Positions 1 through 9,299 of a stretch of 64,000 bases of DNA are shown one piece after another. The stretch covers positions 153,173 through 217,172 of the forward strand of contig MFCA01000029.1 in the NCBI GenBank assembly GCA_001775095.1. The letters run 5' to 3'. A program made the translations under genes and the position numbers. Below the pieces are notes generated by a model. The model worked only from the letters and a program-made list of their open reading frames with translations, was not told the origin of the DNA and did not search any database. The number at the start of each line of letters is the position of its first letter. Within the stretch, counting starts at the first letter, position 1. Source of the stretch: Candidatus Curtissbacteria bacterium RIFOXYA1_FULL_41_14 (GTDB lineage Bacteria > Patescibacteriota > Microgenomatia > Curtissbacterales > GWA2-41-24).

Positions 1-324
1 GAAATAAGTACCAATAACTATTAATACCCCAAATGTTGCCGTTGCGGTTCTTACAGCAAATACATTTAGTCCGAGTATTTTTACAAATAAAGCCGTGACA
101 TAAAATATTGCGGCATGCCTATAATCCTCGCCAACTCTGATGAAATCCGGTAAAAAATTACCAAACTCATCCCTCAGATTATTTGATAAAAAATAAGAAT
201 TAACACCTACTGTGACTTCATCAAAGAAAAAGCCCGCAGGTATTTGAGCAATTCTATAAAATCTTAAAAAGAAAGCTAAAAATACAATAGACAAAAAAAT
301 CAGGAAAGTTTGCTGAGTTTTCAT
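1..324 (-). CDS. Partial CDS (N-terminal ~108 aa, continues beyond window start) of another GT39/PMT-like membrane glycosyltransferase paralog
   Basis: Hand translation of minus strand from ATG at 324 is stop-free to position 1: MKTQQTFLIFLSIVFLAFFLRFYRIAQIPAGFFFDEVTVGVNSYFLSNNLRDEFGNFLP.... It shares the DE loop motif and TM pattern with the downstream paralogs. The ATGA start/stop overlap with 321..1925 matches the rest of the array. Confidence 0.5.
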   Translation of the reverse strand, partial: MKTQQTFLIFLSIVFLAFFLRFYRIAQIPAGFFFDEVTVGVNSYFLSNNLRDEFGNFLPDFIRVGEDYRHAAIFYVTALFVKILGLNVFAVRTATATFGVLIVIGTYF

Positions 325-1925
325 CTAGGGTGGCCGATTTTGATCGCCTCGGTACCATTTGGATAGTAAATCGTTTTAACTACTTCAAAGCCACCTGGAA
401 AATTTCCGACATCGGCAATGAAAAGTTCATTTGGATTTTCTGGTCTTTTAGCGTCAAAGTAATATTTGTCGAAATGGTATCTTGATCCTTCTTTCTGATA
501 AGTTTTAGGATCGTATTTTGTATTGAAAAGCCAAAAGACATAGGCTTGTTCTATGGAATGATCAATATTTATTTTTTCATATTGATTTTTAACCTTTTCT
601 GATTCAACAACAGCTTCCTTATAACCATATTGCCAAAAATCTGCTTTGTTAAATGGGTAGTGAGTAAAATAGTTGTGGATATAAAGGCCAACCGAAAGTA
701 TTATCCATCCAGTATAAGCACTAAGGAATATTTTTTTAAAGAAAAATTTGTTCGAAAAGATTTGAAAAAATGCATAGGCCGAAATAATCTCTAATGGAAT
801 TATCATAGGGAGAGACCGGTTGGCATGAGGATTTGGATGAGCAGGTATTGCGGCTAAAGGGCCAAGAAGAAGCCAAGCAAGAATGAAGGCCGATTCTTTA
901 TTTTTGTTTTTAACCAGAAAATAGATTCCAAATAAGAAAAGAGGTAGTTCGAAAAGATAAAGCATACCCATGCCTTCAATGTGATGTCTAAAATTGTCAT
1001 CACCTTTTGTAAATAAGAAGTTGAAATCAAAATGTGAAAGATAGTTACCAAACCACGTTTGGCCAATAACAAATCTCCTATTGTGGATATATTTCCCCAG
1101 TCTTAATCCTAAATCTTGGTCTTGTAAAATATATTTTATTGATTTTTCGGTATCTTCAAGTCTTGGTTTGCCTGTGGTAACTTCAAATCTTTGCAAGATA
1201 ACTTTAGGCGGAATCAATATTGCTAGCGGTAATCCAATCAGGATGGTGATGATAACAAAAACAGCTAGATATTTTTTAGAAACGGCCAGTATCTCTTTTC
1301 TATAAATAATGAAGGTTCCAGCAAAGAGTAGCGGGACGAATATTCTTTCAGAGTGATAGCTGTAAGCTGATATTCCAAGTAATATGGCACTTACAATTAG
1401 CCATTTTTTATCTTTAAGACTGTATAGAAAAGCGATGATTGATCCGACAGCAAAAAAAAGGCCGACAGTTGATTCGAAACCGATCCTTGAAACTTGCAGG
1501 TGCCAGGGAGAGATAGCCAACAGAAACATTGCGCAGAGCGCAATTGTTTGTGAATTTCCATTTACCATTTTCCATTTACTATTTTCAGTCTTATCAAAAA
1601 GTTTTTTGGCCAAAAAATATATTAATGGCACAGTGAGGAATCCGAAAAAAGCTGATGGAAGTCGAGCGGCAAAAGGGGTTAGTCCAAAAATTGCCACTGT
1701 GGGCACATCCAAATACATATAGAGAGGCGGTTTGTAGTCATCAAAGGAGCGATTGGTGATTGGTAAAAAGACTCCATATTCATCTCGGCCAGTTTTAAGA
1801 ATCGAGTAGGCATTGTAAGCATTACTGTTTTCGTCCCAATCGAGGCTTGGAGGAACAGTGCTTAATTTGTAAAACCTTAAAATAAAAGCTAAAACTAAAA
1901 TTGCCCAAAAGATTTTTTTTGTCAT
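321..1925 (-). CDS. GT-C fold membrane glycosyltransferase, GT39/PMT_2 (ArnT/PMT-like) family, paralog A1
   Basis: 534 aa. N-terminal TM, then the conserved loop 'DWDENSNAYNAYSILKTGRDEYGVFLP' (DE motif of PMT/ArnT-type polyprenol-phosphate-sugar dependent transferases), multiple TM helices and a soluble C-terminal domain. Four paralogs sit in tandem. Confidence 0.7.
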   Translation of the reverse strand: MTKKIFWAILVLAFILRFYKLSTVPPSLDWDENSNAYNAYSILKTGRDEYGVFLPITNRSFDDYKPPLYMYLDVPTVAIFGLTPFAARLPSAFFGFLTVPLIYFLAKKLFDKTENSKWKMVNGNSQTIALCAMFLLAISPWHLQVSRIGFESTVGLFFAVGSIIAFLYSLKDKKWLIVSAILLGISAYSYHSERIFVPLLFAGTFIIYRKEILAVSKKYLAVFVIITILIGLPLAILIPPKVILQRFEVTTGKPRLEDTEKSIKYILQDQDLGLRLGKYIHNRRFVIGQTWFGNYLSHFDFNFLFTKGDDNFRHHIEGMGMLYLFELPLFLFGIYFLVKNKNKESAFILAWLLLGPLAAIPAHPNPHANRSLPMIIPLEIISAYAFFQIFSNKFFFKKIFLSAYTGWIILSVGLYIHNYFTHYPFNKADFWQYGYKEAVVESEKVKNQYEKINIDHSIEQAYVFWLFNTKYDPKTYQKEGSRYHFDKYYFDAKRPENPNELFIADVGNFPGGFEVVKTIYYPNGTEAIKIGHPR

Positions 1926-3571
1926 GGTACTTTAACTTGGCTGACATCGTAAACTTCAAAAATTGTATCTCCTCTTAAATCGCTAATTACATGAATGGGT
2001 GCCTTTGGAAATTCAATCTCTTTTTGTCCAGTGACTATTAGGGTCTTTGTTGGCAGACGATCAATACCGGGGACTGACGACACAAAATCATATTTTCCGA
2101 TGCTATCAAAGACAACCCAATTATTTTCCTTATGCCTCGCGGCATTGGCTAAAAAGAAATTAGGGTCAACTTTTGCAAAATACAGATACTGCATATATTG
2201 ATGACCATAGTCGATTTTTCTTGAAATGACGAATTTATCGTACTCTTGTTCTTTTGAGGTAAGGTAGCTAAAAAGTTCTCTGTAGCCATATCTTTGATAA
2301 CGACTGGTAAAATATGGCTCCACCAGAAACAAATCAGATACAAATCCGATTGTAGAAACGATTACTATAATAGAAGCCAGAAGAATAAAGGCTTTTCTGG
2401 CAAAATTATTTCCTAGGTGAAGAAACGTTGCTACTAGTCCATAAGCTGCGATAATTTGGGGAACGGGCATGAAGAGGTTTATCCTGCCATAATTCCCAAT
2501 TCCCGCGATAGCTGCTCCCAATGGAAAGAAGACTATCCAGGGCAAAATAACTTTTAAACCGGGACTTTTGGCCTTAAAAAGAAAAATTAAACCAAGTATT
2601 GCCAATGGAAGCTCAAATAAATAAAGAACGCTCCGGGTCATAAAAGACTGAAATCCTGTTGGGGTTGCATTATTAAAATAAGTTTTGATCGATAAATTGC
2701 CGAAGTAGTTATTCAGATAAATCTTGGAAAATACGAGAACTTTATTGTAGCTAATTTGGCAAATGATATCGGGAAAACTCTTTCTGCATGCTCCTCTTTG
2801 TTCATTTATATCGTTATTAATTCCTACTCTGGCAATTCCAGCGACAAAACTTTCCTGTAAGAATCGAGATTGCCCTTTGAAGGTGAAAACGGTTGAAACA
2901 AGGGGTAAAAGCATAACAATACCAATGACTAGAGTTTTAACAATATAGAATTTAGGAAGCTTGAGGTTTGCACGATAGAAATATAAAAGGCTGGCAAGAA
3001 ATAAAGGGACAAAAGTCCAGGCAGATCGATAAATATAGAAAGAAAGCGCAAATCCTAAAAACGAAAAGAGGAAGAATTTTTTACTTCTTAAACCTACTAA
3101 GAAAAAATACGTTGAGATGGTTATAAAGAAAACTAACAAATCAGACTCAAAGGCATTTCTCGACGCCACTATGTGCCAAGGAGAAATTGCCAGAAAAAAA
3201 GCGGAAAAAAGTGCAATTCTTTTGTCAAAAAGTTCTTTGGAAAGTAAATAGCAAGCTATGACTGCCAAAACTCCAAACAAGGCAGATGGAAGCCGTGTTG
3301 CCAATTCATTGAGGCCAAAGAAAAATTGAGATACAGCTGTGAGGTAAAGATAAACTACAAGCTTCCAGTCTCCAAAACTCTCGAAAACCGGAAAGGGCAA
3401 AAATCTACCCCATTCATCCTTACCGGTTTTAAGAATAGAGTAAGCATTGTAGCCAAAAGCTGCTTCATCATCATTAAAGCCAATGGGAATGTTTGCAAGA
3501 TTTACAAAACGAAAGATAACTGCAATAACAATTATCGAAATTAAAGGCAGGTTATTTTTGAGATACTTCAT
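1922..3571 (-). CDS. GT39/PMT_2-like membrane glycosyltransferase, paralog A2
   Basis: 549 aa. 'FNDDEAAFGYNAYSILKTGKDEWGRFLPF' loop motif. 4-nt overlap with neighbours suggests translational coupling. Confidence 0.7.
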   Translation of the reverse strand: MKYLKNNLPLISIIVIAVIFRFVNLANIPIGFNDDEAAFGYNAYSILKTGKDEWGRFLPFPVFESFGDWKLVVYLYLTAVSQFFFGLNELATRLPSALFGVLAVIACYLLSKELFDKRIALFSAFFLAISPWHIVASRNAFESDLLVFFITISTYFFLVGLRSKKFFLFSFLGFALSFYIYRSAWTFVPLFLASLLYFYRANLKLPKFYIVKTLVIGIVMLLPLVSTVFTFKGQSRFLQESFVAGIARVGINNDINEQRGACRKSFPDIICQISYNKVLVFSKIYLNNYFGNLSIKTYFNNATPTGFQSFMTRSVLYLFELPLAILGLIFLFKAKSPGLKVILPWIVFFPLGAAIAGIGNYGRINLFMPVPQIIAAYGLVATFLHLGNNFARKAFILLASIIVIVSTIGFVSDLFLVEPYFTSRYQRYGYRELFSYLTSKEQEYDKFVISRKIDYGHQYMQYLYFAKVDPNFFLANAARHKENNWVVFDSIGKYDFVSSVPGIDRLPTKTLIVTGQKEIEFPKAPIHVISDLRGDTIFEVYDVSQVKVP

Positions 3572-5058
3572 TTAGAAACCACCTCATAAAACCTCATAAA
3601 ACTGTTACCTATCCCCTTTTGGTATTTGCCAATTAATTTAAGATGGGGATTACCTGGATCATCCGGAAGTTTCTGGTTTTCGTTGAAAATAAAAAATGTC
3701 TTTTTAACTTTGGCTGCGTCCAAGACTTGCTGTGGAATATCACTTACAGGCCAGAAACCATGTATCTCGATATTTTTTTCGCCGTAAAAGTAAATTAAAA
3801 GTGAATAAGGTAAAAGCCCAAAGGTACCTTCAGTCCCAACATAGACTGGCTGGCTTTTTGTTTCATGTTTTAGGATCGTCACAATTTCCTCTATACCATA
3901 ACCGGCTGGCCAGTCATTTAAATATTGACCAAGATCTGAATCGGCGATATTTGCCTTTGGAGGGTTTGTTAGCAATTTATACGAATTTATAGCTGGAAAA
4001 ATAAAAATGACTGCAAAAATCATCCACAAATATTTCGAGTAATTTTTCCACTTAATTAAATTTATGACACCAAAAGATACTAGGATAATGATATAAGGAA
4101 AATAAAAAAGCATAAAACGGGGGTATAGGACTTTATTAAAAATGCTTTCAGCCAGAAAGGGTGCCAAAACATAAACTGAAAGCAGAATAACTGGAAGATT
4201 TCGTTTAATTAAACCCCAGACAATAACCAAAATAGCAATTAAGGTCAGTGGCCAACCATTATATTGGACAAGCCATGAAATTAAGGCGTGAGGATTGCTG
4301 AGTAACTGGATAAATGGGTTATTTATAATTTCGCTCACGCTTCTAATAAATTCTGAGTTTTTGCGTGCAATCATGTAGAAAAGTGGGGATAGGCGCAAGG
4401 AGTTATAAATTACAAATGCCAATATTGCGGTAATTAAAGTCAAAAATAACCACCTTATAAATCTTTGAGACCTATTCTTTTTGCTAAAATCGAAAAGCAG
4501 TAAGGAGAATGGTAATAGATAAAGAAAGAAATTTGCGGATGATTTGGTAATCATACCAAGCCCAATGGCAAATCCGTTTAACAAGGCTGTATCAAGTTGT
4601 GGCGACTTTATCATTTTCGCGGAAAAGTAAACCGCCCAAATGCCTAACATGGTAAGCAATGAATCAAAAAGAGCCATCCGATCATAGAGAAGAGTGAAGG
4701 GCAAAATAATATAAAGCAAACAGGCCAGAATTGCTGTTTTTTTATCAAACAAGTATTTGGACAGGAAATAAATTCCGACTAGCGAGCCGAAACCGGCAAA
4801 AACTGAAACAAGTCTTGAGGCTACAAGTGGATCGGATATGAATTTCTGAAAAATCGCCGCAATCCAAATAAACAAAGGCTGTTTCCCATCCTCAAGAGAA
4901 CTAAATCTATTAGCAGGATCATGAAGTGCTACTTGAGCCCAATATGTATAAATAGCTTCATCAGTAAAAATTGGAATTATCTTTAGGTTTATTAGTCTGG
5001 TTATAAAATAGGTGCTAACCAAAACAAACCAAATTAAAAGCTGGAGTTTCGACTTCAT
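3568..5058 (-). CDS. GT-C membrane glycosyltransferase, ArnT/GT83-like variant of the GT39 family
   Basis: 496 aa. 'FTDEAIYTYWAQVALHDPANRF...DGKQPLFIW' resembles the ArnT DE...KPPL arrangement. 12 or more predicted TM segments. Confidence 0.55.
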   Translation of the reverse strand: MKSKLQLLIWFVLVSTYFITRLINLKIIPIFTDEAIYTYWAQVALHDPANRFSSLEDGKQPLFIWIAAIFQKFISDPLVASRLVSVFAGFGSLVGIYFLSKYLFDKKTAILACLLYIILPFTLLYDRMALFDSLLTMLGIWAVYFSAKMIKSPQLDTALLNGFAIGLGMITKSSANFFLYLLPFSLLLFDFSKKNRSQRFIRWLFLTLITAILAFVIYNSLRLSPLFYMIARKNSEFIRSVSEIINNPFIQLLSNPHALISWLVQYNGWPLTLIAILVIVWGLIKRNLPVILLSVYVLAPFLAESIFNKVLYPRFMLFYFPYIIILVSFGVINLIKWKNYSKYLWMIFAVIFIFPAINSYKLLTNPPKANIADSDLGQYLNDWPAGYGIEEIVTILKHETKSQPVYVGTEGTFGLLPYSLLIYFYGEKNIEIHGFWPVSDIPQQVLDAAKVKKTFFIFNENQKLPDDPGNPHLKLIGKYQKGIGNSFMRFYEVVSK

Positions 5059-6830
5059 AGAGTTTTCTCTCCAATATCAAAAACTGGTGATAGGGAAAGA
5101 TCATAAATAGTACGAAGTTTTTTGGCATCCTGGGGAAGTTGGCCTGATTGAACTACATACAAAGTCCTACCCACAACAGGAATTTGGCCGGGATTATCTG
5201 AGAATTTAAATTTATCAAAACCTTCAACATCGATGAAAAAGAACTGGTTTTTGGTGACTTGAGCACTTTGCCAATATTTTTTGGGGTCAAACTGCGTGTA
5301 CAAAAGGAAGTAAATATAAGGTCTCCCAAGAGCTTTGGTAACTATAATCTGGTCAACTTGATCATATAAAGGCTTGATATCCTGTACTGCTTGTTTATAA
5401 CCGTATTGCCAATCCCCCGAATAATTTATTGGCCAGTGGAGATAGTACATATGTAAATAGTACAGAAAGTTAAGAGTCAAAAGTCCCGCCGTCGCTAAAG
5501 CTATGGCGGACAAGAAAAAGGCAGGAGTAATTAGTAGTTTTTTATATCTGATCACTTGATAAAGACTATAGAGACCAATTGCAGAGAGTATCTGGTAAGT
5601 TGGCAGAATATGAATCATTCTTAGCGCATGAGGCGTTTCTCGTGCCGTCGCGGGTCCAAGAGGCGAAATAAGTAACCACCCAATAATTAAAAAGCGATAC
5701 TTTTGTTTAGTAGCAAACAAAAAGTAGATTCCTACAAGAATAAGCGCGAGATCTATATAATAAAGCTCTCCTGTATCTTGGACAGAGAGCCGCGGATTAA
5801 CATCACCTTTCGTAAAAAGAAAACGCGGATTGAACGCATCAAAATAATGAGTGAGATATTCATATGAATAGAAAAGGCGGCGATTATGAATAATATTTGA
5901 CCACCATGAAAAATTATCTTTTTGGCGATAATGAGTTGATTGATTTATAGGATCAAGATCTTTAAAAATTGTAACTTCATCGAATCGTAATCTGCCTTCG
6001 ATAGTTTGCGTGATAAAGACAAAAAGCGGCCAGAGCAGAAAGGCAGCAATCAAAGCTGTTGCCACGACAACTTTGGTTTGGGTAAGAATCTGTTTTCGAA
6101 ATTGGATCACCAGCACTATAAGTATGAAAGGAACAAACAAACGTTGCCCGGTAAAAGTATATATTCCGGCAAGAAATGAGAGCATCGATGGAAGAATCCA
6201 AATGGGGTGATCTTGGGCGAATTTTACAAAGAGGAAAATTCCTAAAACAGAGAAAAAGAGGCCTAGATTTGCTTCGAAAGCTCCCCGGGAAAACTGCAGG
6301 TGCCAAGGGGAGATTGCAAGGAAGAAAGCGGATAGAAGAGCAATAGCTTCTGGATTTCCAATTTCAAATTTCAAATTTCTAATTTCAAATGCAAGCAAGC
6401 CAGCTTGATTCACTCCCGGAGTGTGCCAGGGCTTAACTTTGCGCACTCCGGGAGTGTGCAAAGACTGCCACCCGCTACCATTCTCGAGAAGTTTTTTGGT
6501 TAGCGGATATGTCAGCAGGACAGTCAAGACCCCGAAAAATGCTGATGGAAACCTTATCGCAAATTCATTGAGGCCAAAGACGGCAATTGAGGGCACCGTT
6601 GCATAAATATATCCAGGAGGCTTGTAATCGCCAAAGGCCGCAAAATTTGTAAAAGGCAGAAATTTTCCATGTTCATCGCGAGCTGATTTTAAAATTGAAT
6701 AAGCGTTATAGCCAAGTGACGCTTCGTCCCAATAAAGAGAGGGTGGAACGGATGCAAGTTTATAAAATCTCAATACTGCGGCAATAAAAATGATAACAAC
6801 GAGTAAATAAAAATTTAAACTTCTTGGCAT
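5055..6830 (-). CDS. GT39/PMT_2-like membrane glycosyltransferase, paralog A4, carrying a ~45-aa repeat-derived loop insertion
   Basis: 591 aa. 'YWDEASLGYNAYSILKSARDEHGKFLPF'. Insertion 'GSGWQSLHTPGVRKVKPWHTPGVNQAGLLAFEIRNLKFEIGN' lies before the conserved 'EAIALLSAFFLAISPWH'. Confidence 0.7.
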   Translation of the reverse strand: MPRSLNFYLLVVIIFIAAVLRFYKLASVPPSLYWDEASLGYNAYSILKSARDEHGKFLPFTNFAAFGDYKPPGYIYATVPSIAVFGLNEFAIRFPSAFFGVLTVLLTYPLTKKLLENGSGWQSLHTPGVRKVKPWHTPGVNQAGLLAFEIRNLKFEIGNPEAIALLSAFFLAISPWHLQFSRGAFEANLGLFFSVLGIFLFVKFAQDHPIWILPSMLSFLAGIYTFTGQRLFVPFILIVLVIQFRKQILTQTKVVVATALIAAFLLWPLFVFITQTIEGRLRFDEVTIFKDLDPINQSTHYRQKDNFSWWSNIIHNRRLFYSYEYLTHYFDAFNPRFLFTKGDVNPRLSVQDTGELYYIDLALILVGIYFLFATKQKYRFLIIGWLLISPLGPATARETPHALRMIHILPTYQILSAIGLYSLYQVIRYKKLLITPAFFLSAIALATAGLLTLNFLYYLHMYYLHWPINYSGDWQYGYKQAVQDIKPLYDQVDQIIVTKALGRPYIYFLLYTQFDPKKYWQSAQVTKNQFFFIDVEGFDKFKFSDNPGQIPVVGRTLYVVQSGQLPQDAKKLRTIYDLSLSPVFDIGEKTL

Positions 6831-6867
6831 ATTGATCGAAAATACTAATTAATGATAACAAATTTAC

Positions 6868-7452
6868 TTAGTTAAAAAAGATTTCATCGCAAATTAATTT
6901 CATTTGCCAATCGAAAATAAAATAGCATAAGGATAAAAATGCCAAGAGGACAAAAACTATTTTTGCCAATTTTGTTTTTAAAAAAAAATCGATTCCCCAA
7001 AGAGAAAAGCTATACCAGAATATTGCTAAGAGAAAGAAAGAAATTTTAGAATTTAGCGTAGAAATTGCAATCAATGAGGTAGTCAAGATAACTGCGAAAT
7101 GGAATTTAGGTAAATATCTTCTCTTTTCAAATACTTTCAAAAAGGCAGCGGTTGCTAAAATTAAGCCCACCGGTCCTAAAATAACCATTAACAACTTGGG
7201 TTGAAAAGCGGAAGCAAAATTTTTAGAAAATTCAAAAATGCCAACAGTCGCTTTATTGTGGAAAAACCGGGAAATATTTCTATCCATACCGAAATCGGTA
7301 TTGACGTTTGACTCGACACTAACTTTTATAGAGAGAGGATTAAAGTAAAAACTTGAAAACTGTTTGCATCCAGTTGTCTGCCAAATTCTAAAACCAAAAA
7401 GGACAACTAAAATGATGATAAAAAATATCCTGAATTTATTTGAAGGTTTCAT
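6868..7452 (-). CDS. Small polytopic membrane protein, hypothetical
   Basis: 194 aa with about 5 hydrophobic segments. It sits between two GT39 paralogs in the same orientation. No recognisable motif. Confidence 0.4.
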   Translation of the reverse strand: MKPSNKFRIFFIIILVVLFGFRIWQTTGCKQFSSFYFNPLSIKVSVESNVNTDFGMDRNISRFFHNKATVGIFEFSKNFASAFQPKLLMVILGPVGLILATAAFLKVFEKRRYLPKFHFAVILTTSLIAISTLNSKISFFLLAIFWYSFSLWGIDFFLKTKLAKIVFVLLAFLSLCYFIFDWQMKLICDEIFFN

Positions 7453-9196
7453 TTAAATCCCACAAAGAATATATATGTCTGCCTGTCGAATCATTAGCTG
7501 CTGCTAACCATTTACCATCAACCTTCTCCCACGAGGGTGCAACATAAAGAATTCTTACCTGCCGCCTGTCGGCAGTCAGGATCTGATCATATATATTGAC
7601 ATCATCCGGAATAAAGACATATTTATCAAAATAATCCCTGTTTCCCCCAGAATTTATGAATTTCTCAGGATCATATTTCCCGTAAAAAAGCAGGTAAATA
7701 TAAGGAACCTGATTGATATTTGTTATATAGACTTTATCAAAATGATTCTGATATTTTTGCACTTGAGTCACCATTTCTCTATAACCATCTTGCCAGTCGG
7801 CAGCGAATTTTTTAGGATAATGCACGAATAAAAGGTGCAAGTATGTCAAAAATGTATAGAAAATAACAAAAGTTAATAGCACTTTAATTATCAATAATTT
7901 TTTGTTTGAAAAGATCCAGTATGCTCCAAGCGCTGAGAAAAAGGCTAGAGGTACAGACATCTGTAAAGTTCTATAAGCATGAGGCGTCGGGTTGACAATC
8001 ATTGCCGGAATTGGCGCTAAAATCAGCCAGGATAACATAATTTTAAGAGATTTTCCGCTCAGCTTTTTTAGAGCGAAAATGGAACAGACCAATAAAATCC
8101 CATCAAACAGATAAATCTGGCCCATGTCGACCTGTGAGTGTCTACCTATCTGATCGCCTTTATAAAAAAGGAAGACGGGAGAAAAGTGGTCGATGTAATT
8201 ATTAAATGCCAGATAAACATTGTATAGGGAAAAAGACCAGTATTTAGACAGAAAGCGTAAAGGTGGCTTAGAATTTTGATCATAAAAAATTCTGGCTGAC
8301 TCGTATGTATCTTGACTAAAGGCTGACTGAGAACTTGCCCTTGATTGACCTTCTGGTGAAAATGTAAAAATTATAATCGGTAAAGCCAATGTTAATGCTA
8401 AAAGTACAGGTAGTACGAATTTTGTGACTATTTTTTTGACAGCCTTAAAATGAATTAGGAGAAGTACGATCACGAACAGAGGTGTGAAAATGCGATAAGC
8501 ATGATAAAAATACATAGATAAAGTAAAGAGCAAGAAGGCCAAAGTTAAAGTTATGACTTGCTTTCTCTCGATTCCCTTAAGAAACAGATAGAGACCAAAC
8601 GTCAAGAAGAAAAGGCCTGTGGTTGATTCAAATCCACCTCTGGAAAATTGAATGTGCCAAGGGGAGATGGCCAAAAAGAAGGCGGACAAAAGAGCAATTG
8701 GTTCGCTTTTGACAACTGACCACTGACCCTTCGGTGGACTCAGGGTCATCTCTTCGACCCTAAGCCCTTTGGGTCTGAGCTCTTCGAGTCCGAGTCTCAG
8801 AGTCGAGGACCTCACGGTCGAAGACTCGTCGAATGGATGACCACTGACATTTGACTTTTCGAAAAGTTTTTTGGTCAAAAGATAAATTAATGGCACAGTG
8901 AGGAATCCGAAGAAAGCTGATGGAAAACGAACGGCAAATTCATTGAGGCCAAAAATCGCAATAGAAGGAACCAGCAGATAGTGATAACCTGGCAATTTCC
9001 AATCACCGAAACTTTCAAAGAATAGTGGCAGAGTTACTCCGTGATGGTCCTTGCCCGTCTTGAGAATCGAATAAGCGTCATAACCAAACACTGCTTCATC
9101 CCAATAAAGTCCGGGCGGATTTATCCCGAGTTGATAAAATCTAAGGATGAAGGCTAGCAAAATAATAAGTACAAGCAGAGTTTTTCTAAGGTTCAT
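7436..9196 (-). CDS. GT39/PMT_2-like membrane glycosyltransferase, paralog A5, with ~55-aa GC-rich loop insertion
   Basis: 586 aa. 'YWDEAVFGYDAYSILKTGKDHHGVTLPLF'. Insertion 'NVSGHPFDESSTVRSSTLRLGLEELRPKGLRVEEMTLSPPKGQWSVVKSEP' lies at the same loop position as in 5055..6830. Confidence 0.7.
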   Translation of the reverse strand: MNLRKTLLVLIILLAFILRFYQLGINPPGLYWDEAVFGYDAYSILKTGKDHHGVTLPLFFESFGDWKLPGYHYLLVPSIAIFGLNEFAVRFPSAFFGFLTVPLIYLLTKKLFEKSNVSGHPFDESSTVRSSTLRLGLEELRPKGLRVEEMTLSPPKGQWSVVKSEPIALLSAFFLAISPWHIQFSRGGFESTTGLFFLTFGLYLFLKGIERKQVITLTLAFLLFTLSMYFYHAYRIFTPLFVIVLLLIHFKAVKKIVTKFVLPVLLALTLALPIIIFTFSPEGQSRASSQSAFSQDTYESARIFYDQNSKPPLRFLSKYWSFSLYNVYLAFNNYIDHFSPVFLFYKGDQIGRHSQVDMGQIYLFDGILLVCSIFALKKLSGKSLKIMLSWLILAPIPAMIVNPTPHAYRTLQMSVPLAFFSALGAYWIFSNKKLLIIKVLLTFVIFYTFLTYLHLLFVHYPKKFAADWQDGYREMVTQVQKYQNHFDKVYITNINQVPYIYLLFYGKYDPEKFINSGGNRDYFDKYVFIPDDVNIYDQILTADRRQVRILYVAPSWEKVDGKWLAAANDSTGRHIYSLWDLNETFK

Positions 9197-9299
9197 TTTT
9201 AACGCCTTTTTACAATTGCCCTATTGCAAGAAGCAATACTAAAGGCGAGAAAGTGGAGGCATTTCACTACTTGCAAATTCTAGCATATAATAGGCCTTT

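Noticed and set aside
854-1722. Small ORFs 854..1072(-), 1081..1305(+), 1384..1722(+) and the many similar 60-120-aa ORFs nested in or antisense to large genes throughout the window
   Set aside because: They lie entirely within long, well-supported membrane-protein CDSs, mostly on the opposite strand. AT-rich sequence yields long spurious antisense frames.
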